From: an uncultured Clostridia bacterium
GTDB taxonomy: Bacteria; Bacillota; Clostridia; Lachnospirales; Lachnospiraceae
Direction of reading: 5' to 3'
Assembly: GCA_947303805.1 (NCBI GenBank)
Contig: CAMYZE010000006.1
Coordinates: 11,216-75,215, forward strand
DNA length: 64,000 bases
Shown: piece after piece, positions 27,900 to 36,141 of the stretch
How positions within the stretch are numbered: the first letter of the stretch is position 1
Layout of the letters: every line of letters begins with the position of its first letter
Program-made: the position numbers and the translations under genes
Notes under the pieces: model-generated
Told to the model about the DNA's origin: nothing
Database searches by the model: none
The model's input: only the letters and a program-made list of their open reading frames with translations

Positions 27900-29062
27900 G
27901 ACAAATACAAACATTCACAAGTACATATACAGCAGATGTATCAGGAGTGCCATCAGCACTCTATGAGCTGGGTGGCATGAGTATAATGCACGATGCTTCG
28001 GGTTGCAACTCAACTTACAATACACATGATGAACCTAGATATTATGATAGTAAAAGCATGGTATTTATCACAGGACTTTCAGAGATGGAAGCCATAATGG
28101 GTGATGATCAAAAGTTAGTAAATGATATTATAAAGGCAGCTAAAGAATTAAAACCAAGATTTATTGCTATCGCAGGTACACCAATACCTATGATTACAGG
28201 TTGCGACATAGAAGCAAATGCGAGAGTAATTGAATCGGAAACAAAAATTCCAACTTTTGGTATAAATACAAATGGTATGCATTCTTATGTAGAAGGAGCA
28301 GGAGAGGCACTTCTTCACTATGCCAAAGCATTTGTAAAAAAGAATATAAAGAAGAAAAGTAATTCTGTTAATATATTAGGTGCAACACCTATTGATTTTT
28401 CAGTCAATGGTCAAATAGAAAGCATAAAGAAGTTTTTGGAGTCTAACGGCATAAAAGTCATTTCTAATTTCGCACTCGGATGTGATATAGATGAGATGGC
28501 AAATGCAGGCGAAGCTTCAGTAAACCTCGTTGTGTCATCAGTTGGCATAAAGATTGCAGAATATTTGCAAAATGAATTTAATACTCCATATATAGTCGGA
28601 GTCCCATATGGCAACCAAATGAAGCAAGATTTAATTAAAGCAATCGTAGGGGCGAGTTTTGCGACCCCAAGTTTTATTAGTGATATAGGTAATAAATTTA
28701 AGAACGAAAAAATCTATATAATTGGCGAATCAGTAACTTCAAAATCCCTTGCCAGATACATTTACAATAAATATGGCCATACGGCAAAAGTTATCTCTGC
28801 AGTAGAACTTGGAAACACTTATCACGGCGACATTGTTAAGAATCTAAATGTAAGAGATAATGTAGCACTTGAAAAGTTTGATTTACATATAGAGGATGAG
28901 GACAATATTGCAGAAGCAATAAAAGATGCAAAAATGGTTATTGCAGACCCACTCTATAGACCAATTGTGCCAAGTAAAGCTATATTCGTAAATCATCCAC
29001 ACGAAGGGTTCTCGGGTAGACTGTTTCGTAAAAATATTTTAAATTTAATTGATATATTATAG
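27896..29062 (+). CDS. Nitrogenase component-1-type oxidoreductase, NifK/NifN-like subunit (388 aa)
   Basis: It is translationally coupled to the preceding gene. DASGCNSTY and ITGCDIE cysteine contexts and a Rossmann-like repeat layout are present. Confidence 0.65.
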   Translation: MRQIQTFTSTYTADVSGVPSALYELGGMSIMHDASGCNSTYNTHDEPRYYDSKSMVFITGLSEMEAIMGDDQKLVNDIIKAAKELKPRFIAIAGTPIPMITGCDIEANARVIESETKIPTFGINTNGMHSYVEGAGEALLHYAKAFVKKNIKKKSNSVNILGATPIDFSVNGQIESIKKFLESNGIKVISNFALGCDIDEMANAGEASVNLVVSSVGIKIAEYLQNEFNTPYIVGVPYGNQMKQDLIKAIVGASFATPSFISDIGNKFKNEKIYIIGESVTSKSLARYIYNKYGHTAKVISAVELGNTYHGDIVKNLNVRDNVALEKFDLHIEDEDNIAEAIKDAKMVIADPLYRPIVPSKAIFVNHPHEGFSGRLFRKNILNLIDIL

Positions 29063-29072
29063 GAGGAAAAAA

Positions 29073-30215
29073 ATGAAGAAATTTTTATCAGTTATTTTAG
29101 TTTTAACAATTTGCGCATCGCTTTTATCTTGCGCAAACAATGCTCAGGCACCAGAGGATCCATCTGGCACCACTCATATTGTGATTGATCATGGTGGCAA
29201 CCAAGTTGAAGTGCCAAATAAAATTGAGAGAATTGTAGTATCAGACATTTTCCCAATTCCAGCAGTTCTGTCTGTATTTTTCAATAGTGCTGATAAAATT
29301 GTTGGCATAGCACCAACAAGTTACAGCGCAGCTAAAAATAGTTTGCTTTCTCAGATTTATCCAGAAATTTTGAATGCAAAAACTGATTTTATGAACGGAA
29401 ATGTTATCAATGTAGAAGAACTCATGAAATTAAACCCTGATGTAGTATTTTACAGTGAGAACAACAACGAGCAAAAAGAGGTTTTAACCAAGGCTGGATT
29501 TTGTGCCATAGGTATTTCTGCAAATGGCTGGCATTATGATTGCATAGAAACACTTAACCAGTGGCTTAAAACTTTGACAGAAGTATTTAAGTATTCAGAT
29601 GATATAAAGATTTTAACTGAGAGAAGTAATAAGGCGCAAAAGAAGTCAGTTGAAATTTATGATATGATTAAGAGCAGAGTTTCTAAACTCACTAATGAAG
29701 AGAAAAAGAGGGTTTTCTTCTTATTCCAATACAATGACAGTACTATGATGACATCTGGTAAGAATTTCTTTGGACAGTGGTGGGCAGATGCATCAGGTTG
29801 TCTAAATGTAGCTGAGGAACTTGAAAAAGACAATTCAGTAGCAACTAATCTCGAACAAGTTTACGCTTGGAACCCAGACATGATATTTATTACAAATTTC
29901 ACAACTGCACTGCCAAATGATTTATATGAAAACACAGTTGGTACATATGACTGGAGTGAAGTGAAAGCTGTAAAGGATAAAGAAGTTTATAAACTTCCAC
30001 TTGGCATGTATAGAACATACACACCTGGAATAGATACACCTATTACACTTCTTTGGTTTGCAAAAACTGCTTATCCAGATATGTTTAATGATGTTGATTT
30101 AGTTAAGGAGACAAGAGCATATTATCAAGATATATTTGGTATTCAACTTAATGATGACCAAATAAAGAGTATATATAATCCAGATGCGAATGCTGGAAGA
30201 ACTTATTTTAACTAG
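29073..30215 (+). CDS. Periplasmic-binding-protein (FecB/BtuF-like) lipoprotein (system 2)
   Basis: AGGAGG RBS precedes the ATG at 29073. It has lipobox LLSCAN, and the LNPDVVFY and WNPDMIFITN motifs. Confidence 0.7.
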   Translation: MKKFLSVILVLTICASLLSCANNAQAPEDPSGTTHIVIDHGGNQVEVPNKIERIVVSDIFPIPAVLSVFFNSADKIVGIAPTSYSAAKNSLLSQIYPEILNAKTDFMNGNVINVEELMKLNPDVVFYSENNNEQKEVLTKAGFCAIGISANGWHYDCIETLNQWLKTLTEVFKYSDDIKILTERSNKAQKKSVEIYDMIKSRVSKLTNEEKKRVFFLFQYNDSTMMTSGKNFFGQWWADASGCLNVAEELEKDNSVATNLEQVYAWNPDMIFITNFTTALPNDLYENTVGTYDWSEVKAVKDKEVYKLPLGMYRTYTPGIDTPITLLWFAKTAYPDMFNDVDLVKETRAYYQDIFGIQLNDDQIKSIYNPDANAGRTYFN

Positions 30216-30216
30216 C

Positions 30217-30239
30217 GTAGGGGCGAGCTCTGCGAGCCC
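30217..30239 (+). repeat. REP-like repeat copy
   Basis: GTAGGGGCGAGCTCTGCGAGCCC. Confidence 0.75.
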
Positions 30240-30246
30240 GCAAATT

Positions 30247-30269
30247 GTATGGGCGAGTTTTACGAGCCC
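30247..30269 (+). repeat. REP-like repeat copy
   Basis: GTATGGGCGAGTTTTACGAGCCC, in tandem with the previous copy. Confidence 0.75.
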
Positions 30270-30283
30270 GAGTAGGTTTAGTT

Positions 30284-30538
30284 ATGAATAGAATAGCAAC
30301 AATTAGTATTATTGTAGAACAAAATAATAAAGAGACAGTACAAAAAGTCAATGACTTATTGCATGAGTTTCAAGATGTGATTTTAGGTAGGATGGGAATA
30401 CCTGACAAGACTCACAATGTAAACATAATAAGCGTTGCAATGTGTGCTGATGAAGATAAAATCAATGCGCTTACAGGTAAGCTTGGCAGAATAGATGGTA
30501 TAAGTGCAAAAACACTTTATTCTAAAAATTCATATTAA
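30284..30538 (+). CDS. TM1266-family small ACT/NikR-C-like protein (iron-only hydrogenase system regulator family)
   Basis: 84 aa, MNRIATISIIVE...GRMGIP...ISV..C...INALTGKLGRI. The track start (TTG at 30245) reads through a repeat element, so the ATG at 30284 is preferred. Confidence 0.6.
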   Translation: MNRIATISIIVEQNNKETVQKVNDLLHEFQDVILGRMGIPDKTHNVNIISVAMCADEDKINALTGKLGRIDGISAKTLYSKNSY

Positions 30539-30662
30539 TTTAAAATATGTCGTGGTATAAGGAATAGGTGCAGCATTAAAAGCAGCAACAATTTTAGCAA
30601 ATCGCAGTTGAAATAAAAATAAAAGTTGAACTTTAAAATTTGCAAGTATATAGAGGTGACTT

Positions 30663-31703
30663 ATGAACAAGGTAGTTAGTAAATTTATTGACACTCATAG
30701 TTTGTCCGTTGAAGAATATGAATCACTGCTAAACAATATAACAAGCGATGAAAAGGAAGTTTTAAAACAAGAGGCAGTAAAACTAGCCACATCGGTATAT
30801 GGCAATAAAATTTATGCAAGAGGGCTTATTGAGTTTTCGAATTATTGTAAAAACAATTGTTATTATTGTGGAATCCGAAACGGAAATAAAAACTGTGATA
30901 GATATAGACTTACAAAAGAACAAATTTATGATTGTTGTGATTTAGGATATGAACTTGGTTTTAGAACATTTGTATTACAAAGTGGAGAAGATTTGTTTTT
31001 TAATGATGATTTGATGGTCGAAATAATTTCTCACATAAGAAGCAAGTTTCCTGACTGTGCTATAACTATATCTATAGGTGAAAAAGAAAAATCAACTTAT
31101 CAAAAATATTTTAATGCTGGAGCAAATAGATATTTACTTAGACATGAAACTGCAAACAAAAAACTTTATGAAACAATTCATCCAAAAGAAATGTCGTTTG
31201 ATAACAGAATGAGATGTTTGCAAGATTTAAGAGATATAGGCTTTCAGGTGGGTGCTGGATATATGGTTGAGTGTCCACATCAGACAAACTATGATTTAGC
31301 ACTTGATTTAAAATTTGTAGAAGAATTTAAACCAGAGATGTGTGGTATAGGACCATTTATTCCACATAAAGATACTGATTATAAAAATGAAAAAGCAGGA
31401 ACTTTAGAAAAAACTCTTTTGCTTCTTTCTATTACACGAATTATTTTGCCAAGAGTCCTACTTCCAGCAACCACAGCCCTTGGTACTATTAATCCGCTTG
31501 GCAGAGAAATGGGAGTTGAACATGGCGCGAATGTTGTTATGCCAAATCTTTCACCAACAGAAGTTAGAAGCAAATATTTATTATATGACAATAAGATTTG
31601 CACTGGAGATGAAGCTGCTGAATGTAAAAACTGCATGAGTGCAAGGATGAAGCGAATTGGTTATGAATTAGTTATCGATAGAGGAGACTTTAAAAAAGAG
31701 TAA
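30663..31703 (+). CDS. hydE: [FeFe] hydrogenase H-cluster radical SAM maturase HydE
   Basis: It has the CKNNCYYCGIR radical-SAM motif, BioB-like size (346 aa), and a position between the TM1266-like gene and hydF. Confidence 0.8.
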   Translation: MNKVVSKFIDTHSLSVEEYESLLNNITSDEKEVLKQEAVKLATSVYGNKIYARGLIEFSNYCKNNCYYCGIRNGNKNCDRYRLTKEQIYDCCDLGYELGFRTFVLQSGEDLFFNDDLMVEIISHIRSKFPDCAITISIGEKEKSTYQKYFNAGANRYLLRHETANKKLYETIHPKEMSFDNRMRCLQDLRDIGFQVGAGYMVECPHQTNYDLALDLKFVEEFKPEMCGIGPFIPHKDTDYKNEKAGTLEKTLLLLSITRIILPRVLLPATTALGTINPLGREMGVEHGANVVMPNLSPTEVRSKYLLYDNKICTGDEAAECKNCMSARMKRIGYELVIDRGDFKKE

Positions 31704-31714
31704 AGGAGGGCTAT

Positions 31715-32932
31715 ATGGGAAGTTTAAATGAGACAGCAAATTCCGATAGAATTCATATAGGTTTTTTCGGCTGTAGGAATGCAGGAAAGTCAAGTGTAGT
31801 TAATGCAGTTACAAATCAAGAGATTGCTGTTGTCTCTGATGTGAAAGGAACTACAACTGACCCAGTTCAAAAGGCTATGGAAATTTTGCCACTTGGGCCA
31901 GTAGTTATCATTGATACTCCTGGTTTTGATGATGACGATAAACTTCTAGGTGCAAAGAGAGTAGATAGAGCAAAGAAGATTTTAAATAAATCTGACATTG
32001 CTGTGCTTGTTGTATCTGCAACTGAAGGCATTAATAATTATGACGAAGAACTTTTGAAAATTTTTAAAACAAAAGATATTCCTTATATAGTAGTATTTAA
32101 TAAGACAGATTTGATTGATGATGTAAAAAAGAAGGACTTGGAGTCAAAACTTGATGAGACATCTAAAAAGAATTATCTATTTGTGAGTGCTACTACAAAA
32201 GAAGGTATAGAGAACTTAAAAAATATAATAGGAAGGCTTAGGCCAGATGAGGCAAATAAATCTCTTGTAGGAGATATAGTAAAGAAAAATGATTTTATAG
32301 TCTTAGTAACACCAATAGATGAATCAGCACCTAAAGGAAGAATGATTTTACCTCAAGTACAGATGATTAGAGATATATTAAATCATGATGCTTATTGCAT
32401 AGTTACTAAAGAGACCGAGCTAAAAAATGTACTTGACACTATGGGTAGAAAACCTGACTTTGTTATTACTGATAGCCAAGTTTTCAAATTTGTTGATAGT
32501 TTAGTGCCAAAAGATGTACCACTCACATCATTTTCTATACTTCTCGCTAGATATAAAGGTTTCTTAAATACAGCTGTTAAAGGTGTAGAGGCTGTTAAGA
32601 CTCTTAAAGAAGGTGACACTGTACTTATTGCAGAGGGGTGTACTCATCATAGACAGTGCTATGACATTGGTACATATAAGATACCAAAGTGGCTAAAAGA
32701 ATTCACTGGTGCCAATATAAATATTGAGACATCATCTGGCACAGAGTTTCCGGAAGATTTGTCTAAATATAAAATGGTAATACACTGCGGAGGTTGTATG
32801 ACACCTGATAGAGAGATGTTGTATCGAATGAAATGCGCAGTGGATGCCGGGAAACCATTTACTAATTATGGAATATTTATTGCATATGTGAATGGTATAT
32901 TAGCAAGAAGTATTGAAAAAATTCCAATGTAG
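31715..32932 (+). CDS. hydF: [FeFe] hydrogenase maturation GTPase HydF
   Basis: The GTPase motifs GCRNAGKSS and DTPGFDD plus NKTD are present, with C-terminal cluster cysteines in EGCTHH and HCGGC. Confidence 0.85.
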   Translation: MGSLNETANSDRIHIGFFGCRNAGKSSVVNAVTNQEIAVVSDVKGTTTDPVQKAMEILPLGPVVIIDTPGFDDDDKLLGAKRVDRAKKILNKSDIAVLVVSATEGINNYDEELLKIFKTKDIPYIVVFNKTDLIDDVKKKDLESKLDETSKKNYLFVSATTKEGIENLKNIIGRLRPDEANKSLVGDIVKKNDFIVLVTPIDESAPKGRMILPQVQMIRDILNHDAYCIVTKETELKNVLDTMGRKPDFVITDSQVFKFVDSLVPKDVPLTSFSILLARYKGFLNTAVKGVEAVKTLKEGDTVLIAEGCTHHRQCYDIGTYKIPKWLKEFTGANINIETSSGTEFPEDLSKYKMVIHCGGCMTPDREMLYRMKCAVDAGKPFTNYGIFIAYVNGILARSIEKIPM

Positions 32933-32945
32933 TAAAATAATAAGA

Positions 32946-32968
32946 GGGCTCGTAAAACTTGCCCATAC
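32946..32968 (-). repeat. REP-like repeat copy (reverse orientation)
   Basis: The + strand reads GGGCTCGTAAAACTTGCCCATAC. Confidence 0.7.
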
Positions 32969-32972
32969 AAAT

Positions 32973-32996
32973 GTAGGGGCGAACGCTTGCGGAGCC
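32973..32996 (+). repeat. REP-like repeat, variant B
   Basis: GTAGGGGCGAACGCTTGCGGAGCC. Confidence 0.65.
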
Positions 32997-33011
32997 AGAA
33001 AGGAGAATAAA

Positions 33012-33359
33012 ATGGAAAACAGAATTTTTAAAGTAGCAGATTATTTAAAGGAGAGTACTGAGGCAGCAGTAAAAACTGTTGTAAAAGACACTGACAAATC
33101 TTGTACTGTTGTATGGGTTGTAAAACCTGGCCAGTCAGTAAAGTGTCACAGACATCCAAATGCTGATGATGTGTGGTATGTTCTTGAGGGAGAGGGCATG
33201 TTTCACTGTGAAGTTGGTAAAGATACCCTTGTAAAGGCTGGTGATGTCATTATCAATAAGGTTGGAGACTGCCACGGTGTCACTAATCATAGTGATAAAG
33301 ACTTCAAGTTTTTAGGAGTTTTAACTCCTATACCTGCTCAATATGAAGCCTTAGAATAG
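33012..33359 (+). CDS. Cupin-domain protein
   Basis: 115 aa from the ATG at 33012, with a GGAG RBS. It has an H.H....D...G......H cupin-like pattern (CHRHPNADDVWYVLEGEG...CHGV). The track start at 32913 reads through repeat elements. Confidence 0.6.
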   Translation: MENRIFKVADYLKESTEAAVKTVVKDTDKSCTVVWVVKPGQSVKCHRHPNADDVWYVLEGEGMFHCEVGKDTLVKAGDVIINKVGDCHGVTNHSDKDFKFLGVLTPIPAQYEALE

Positions 33360-33374
33360 TATATTATATAAAAA

Positions 33375-33398
33375 ATGCCACAAAATGTGGTATTTTTT
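33375..33398 (+). terminator. Rho-independent terminator
   Basis: ATGCCACA-aaa-TGTGGTAT followed by TTTTT. Confidence 0.7.
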
Positions 33399-33439
33399 GT
33401 TAAAAAAACACTTTTTTTAAGGTAAAATCGATATATTAT

Positions 33440-33468
33440 TTGATAAATATTTAATAATATACTATAAT
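33440..33468 (+). promoter_or_regulatory. Promoter candidate for rubrerythrin
   Basis: TTGATA, a 17-nt spacer, then TATAAT. Confidence 0.6.
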
Positions 33469-33518
33469 ATATGACAGTAAACAAAATTGAAATTAACAAA
33501 ATAAAAAGGAGAGTTAAT

Positions 33519-34058
33519 ATGTCAAAATACGCAGGAACAAAAACTGAGAAAAACTTAATGGAAGCATTTGCTGGTGAGTCTCAAGCTAGAAATAAGTATA
33601 CTTACTTTGCAAGTGTTGCTAGAAAAGAAGGTTATGAGCAGATTGCTGCAATCTTTGAAGAGGCAGCTGCAAATGAAAAAGAGCATGCTAAACTTTGGTT
33701 CAAAGAGTTAGGCGGCATTGGCGATACTGCTACAAACCTTACTCATGCTGCAGAAGGTGAGCATGAAGAACACACTGCTATGTATCCAAGAATGGCTAAG
33801 GAAGCAGAAGAAGAGGGCTTCAAGGAAGTTGCAGCTATGTTTACAATGGTTGGCAAGATTGAAGAGAAACACGAAGAGAGATATTTAAAAGTTTTAAAGA
33901 ACTTAAAAGAAGATTTAGTATTTAAAGCAAGCGATGGACAAATGATGTGGATTTGTAGAAATTGTGGTCACATCCATGTTGGTGCAAATGCTCCTGAACT
34001 TTGTCCAGTATGCAAACATCCAAAGAGCTTCTTTGAGAGAAGAGCAATGAATTACTAA
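33519..34058 (+). CDS. rbr: Rubrerythrin
   Basis: It begins MSKYAGTKTEKNLMEAFAGESQARNKY and has a C-terminal rubredoxin-like CRNCGH...CPVCKHP. The start is taken at the internal ATG preceded by AAGGAG. Confidence 0.85.
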   Translation: MSKYAGTKTEKNLMEAFAGESQARNKYTYFASVARKEGYEQIAAIFEEAAANEKEHAKLWFKELGGIGDTATNLTHAAEGEHEEHTAMYPRMAKEAEEEGFKEVAAMFTMVGKIEEKHEERYLKVLKNLKEDLVFKASDGQMMWICRNCGHIHVGANAPELCPVCKHPKSFFERRAMNY

Positions 34059-34079
34059 TTAATTATTAGGAGGACGATT

Positions 34080-34214
34080 ATGGTTTATAAGTGTAAGATT
34101 TGCGGACACAAGTATGATGAAGCAGCAGAAGGTGTAAAGTTTGCTGATTTACCAGATGATTGGAAGTGCCCAATCTGTGGTGTTGGCAAAGATATGTTTG
34201 AGCCAGCTGAGTAA
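34080..34214 (+). CDS. Rubredoxin (44 aa)
   Basis: My own translation is [44 protein letters not shown]. An AGGAGG RBS precedes it. It is below the ORF-track cutoff. Confidence 0.85.
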   Translation: MVYKCKICGHKYDEAAEGVKFADLPDDWKCPICGVGKDMFEPAE

Positions 34215-34243
34215 TTAATCACAATAAGTAAAAAAAAATCATT

Positions 34244-34392
34244 AGTGTTAGCGAGTTATTATTGACCAAGTGCCAATTTTAACCAATGAGTGTAAGTGGC
34301 GACATTTATACTTGCCTTTTGCGAAGCTACATTGATAACTTTGTAAATTAAGCATTAGATGATTTATATTGATAAATTATTTAATGCTTTTT
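34244..34392 (+). promoter_or_regulatory. Structured leader with terminator (unassigned riboswitch-like element, copy B)
   Basis: It has the same core and the same spacings as 19505..19669: GCGAG 34251-55, CCAATGAGTGTA 34283-94 and CTTGCCTTTTGCGAAG 34311-26. The terminator is AAGCATTAGATGA/TTATTTAATGCTT at 34350..34392. Confidence 0.6.
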
Positions 34393-34418
34393 AAATTATA
34401 AAAAAATTTGGAGGAAAT

Positions 34419-35441
34419 ATGTTTAAAAAGAAAGTATTAGCATTAATAGCAGTACTTGCAATGGTACTCGGATTAGTAGCTTGTGGAAACAAGACTACAA
34501 CAACAGCTGCAGTAGAAACAACAGCAGTTGAGACTACAGCAGCAAAGGAAGAAGAGAAGAAAAGTGTAAATCTTGAAATCTTACTTGAGAGAGATGATTC
34601 AATGATTAACACATATTCACTTCTCGCAGTAAATGATGCAGCTCCATTTGTAGATGCAAATGACAAAGCTGTAACTGATGTAAAGTTAAATACAGCAGGT
34701 GCAGATGCACTCATCAATTGGATGCTTGGTGAAGGTGAAGATCTTGCCAAGAATTATGGCTATGACAAATACGGTGAGTATTTATTCTATTTACTTGACA
34801 ATGCACCAAAGTCATCTGCAGAGATTCCTGCAGCAACTGAAGAGACAAAGACAATCAGAATGTCAACCACTACTTCAGTAAATGACTCAGGACTTCTTGG
34901 GTATTTACTTCCACAATTTGAGAGTAAGTATGGTTATAAGGTTGAAGTATTTTCAGCTGGTACAGGAAAATCAATTGCAAATGCAAAAGCAGGAAATGCT
35001 GATGTAATTTTAGTTCATGCTAAGGCTCAAGAAGAAAAGTTTATTGAAGATGGTTTTGCTAGAAAAGTTGATGGATTTGATAAAGAGAGATTATCTTATA
35101 TGTATAATTTCTTTGTACTCTGCGGACCAAAAGAGGATCCAGCAAATGTTAAGGGTGCTGCTTCAGTTCTTGATGCATTTAAAGCAATAGCTGATGGCAA
35201 GTTCTTATTTGTATCTCGTGGAGATAAATCAGGAACTCACACTAAAGAGTTATCTCTTTGGCCAAAGGACCTCGGAATCACTGATGATCCAACAACATTT
35301 GAGAAGTATCAAGATTGGTATATCTCTTCAAATGCAGGTATGGGTGTATGCTTAACTCAAGCTGCAGAAAGAGGAGCATATATTTTATCTGACAAAGCTA
35401 CTTTCCTTACATTTAAGGCAAATGGCGGAGTTATAAAATAG
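34419..35441 (+). CDS. tupA: Tungstate/molybdate ABC transporter substrate-binding lipoprotein (TupA-like, apparently circularly permuted)
   Basis: It has lipobox LVACGN, the anion-binding motif MSTTTSVNDSGLL, and SRGDKSGTHTKE. The segment LEILLERDDSMINTYSLLAVND that is normally C-terminal in TupA sits near the N-terminus here. Confidence 0.7.
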   Translation: MFKKKVLALIAVLAMVLGLVACGNKTTTTAAVETTAVETTAAKEEEKKSVNLEILLERDDSMINTYSLLAVNDAAPFVDANDKAVTDVKLNTAGADALINWMLGEGEDLAKNYGYDKYGEYLFYLLDNAPKSSAEIPAATEETKTIRMSTTTSVNDSGLLGYLLPQFESKYGYKVEVFSAGTGKSIANAKAGNADVILVHAKAQEEKFIEDGFARKVDGFDKERLSYMYNFFVLCGPKEDPANVKGAASVLDAFKAIADGKFLFVSRGDKSGTHTKELSLWPKDLGITDDPTTFEKYQDWYISSNAGMGVCLTQAAERGAYILSDKATFLTFKANGGVIK

Positions 35442-35463
35442 GATAATTGCTTTTGGTACTCTG

Positions 35464-36141
35464 ATGAAAATATTTAATGAAGCTATAAATTTAATAATTA
35501 ATCATGATAAAACTCTCCTAGACATATTAGTTGTGACATTTAAAATGTCAATATCAAGTTCTATAATTTCATTATTAATTGGAGTACCAATAGGCATTAT
35601 TTATGGTTATAAAAAATATACCATGAATAAGTTTTTAATAATTATTAACCGCACGCTCATGGGTATGCCACCTGTGGTGTGCGGTCTTTTATGTTATTTA
35701 TTATTTTCCGGAGTTGGGCCTTTAAGACATCTAAAACTTTTATATACTATAAGAGGAATGATAATTGCCCAAGTTTTGCTTATAACACCGATAGTTATAG
35801 GAACTATGGAGCCATTTATAAAAAAGCTTTATCCTGAGATGAAAGATACAATGGATGGTATAAAGATTAGTGAGACTAAAAAATTATTTTTACTTATAAA
35901 TGAGAGTAAGTACGAGATAATTTCAGTATATCTAATTGCATTTTCAAGAGCAATAGCTGAAGTCGGTGCAGTCTCTATGGTTGGTGGCGCTATAATATTT
36001 AAGACCAATGTAATGACTACGGCAATTATGAATTATACTAACATGGGGGATTTTAATATGGCTATGGCACTGGGAATTGTATTGCTGCTTATATCGCTTA
36101 TAGTAAATGTCATAGCAAGTATTATGCAGTACGAGAGATGA
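35464..36141 (+). CDS. tupB: Tungstate ABC transporter permease (TupB-like)
   Basis: 225 aa with 5-6 TM helices and an ABC type-I permease EAA-like loop (AFSRAIAEVGAVSMVGG). Confidence 0.7.
   Translation: MKIFNEAINLIINHDKTLLDILVVTFKMSISSSIISLLIGVPIGIIYGYKKYTMNKFLIIINRTLMGMPPVVCGLLCYLLFSGVGPLRHLKLLYTIRGMIIAQVLLITPIVIGTMEPFIKKLYPEMKDTMDGIKISETKKLFLLINESKYEIISVYLIAFSRAIAEVGAVSMVGGAIIFKTNVMTTAIMNYTNMGDFNMAMALGIVLLLISLIVNVIASIMQYER

Noticed and set aside
25832-29062. Genuine nitrogenase (nifHDK).
   Set aside because: The D/K-like subunits are only 442 and 388 aa and the NifH-like protein is 248 aa. No nifB/E/N/V or other cofactor-assembly genes are present. The context is an ABC importer. It fits the nitrogenase-like (group IV-type) enzymes instead.
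30245-30283. TTG-initiated extension of the TM1266-like ORF, and the analogous extension at 32913..33011 of the cupin ORF.
   Set aside because: The extensions are translations of the REP-like repeat units. Proper ATG starts with Shine-Dalgarno sequences lie downstream.
30539-30662. Possible regulatory RNA or operator between the TM1266-like gene and hydE (direct repeats AGTTGAA x2 and GCAGCA x2).
   Set aside because: The repeats are too short and AT-rich to distinguish from chance, and no clear helix or terminator is present.
34391-34750. 119-aa minus-strand ORF rich in Ser, Ala and Thr.
   Set aside because: It is antisense to the tupA signal peptide and Thr/Ala linker, so it is an artefact of a low-complexity repeat.
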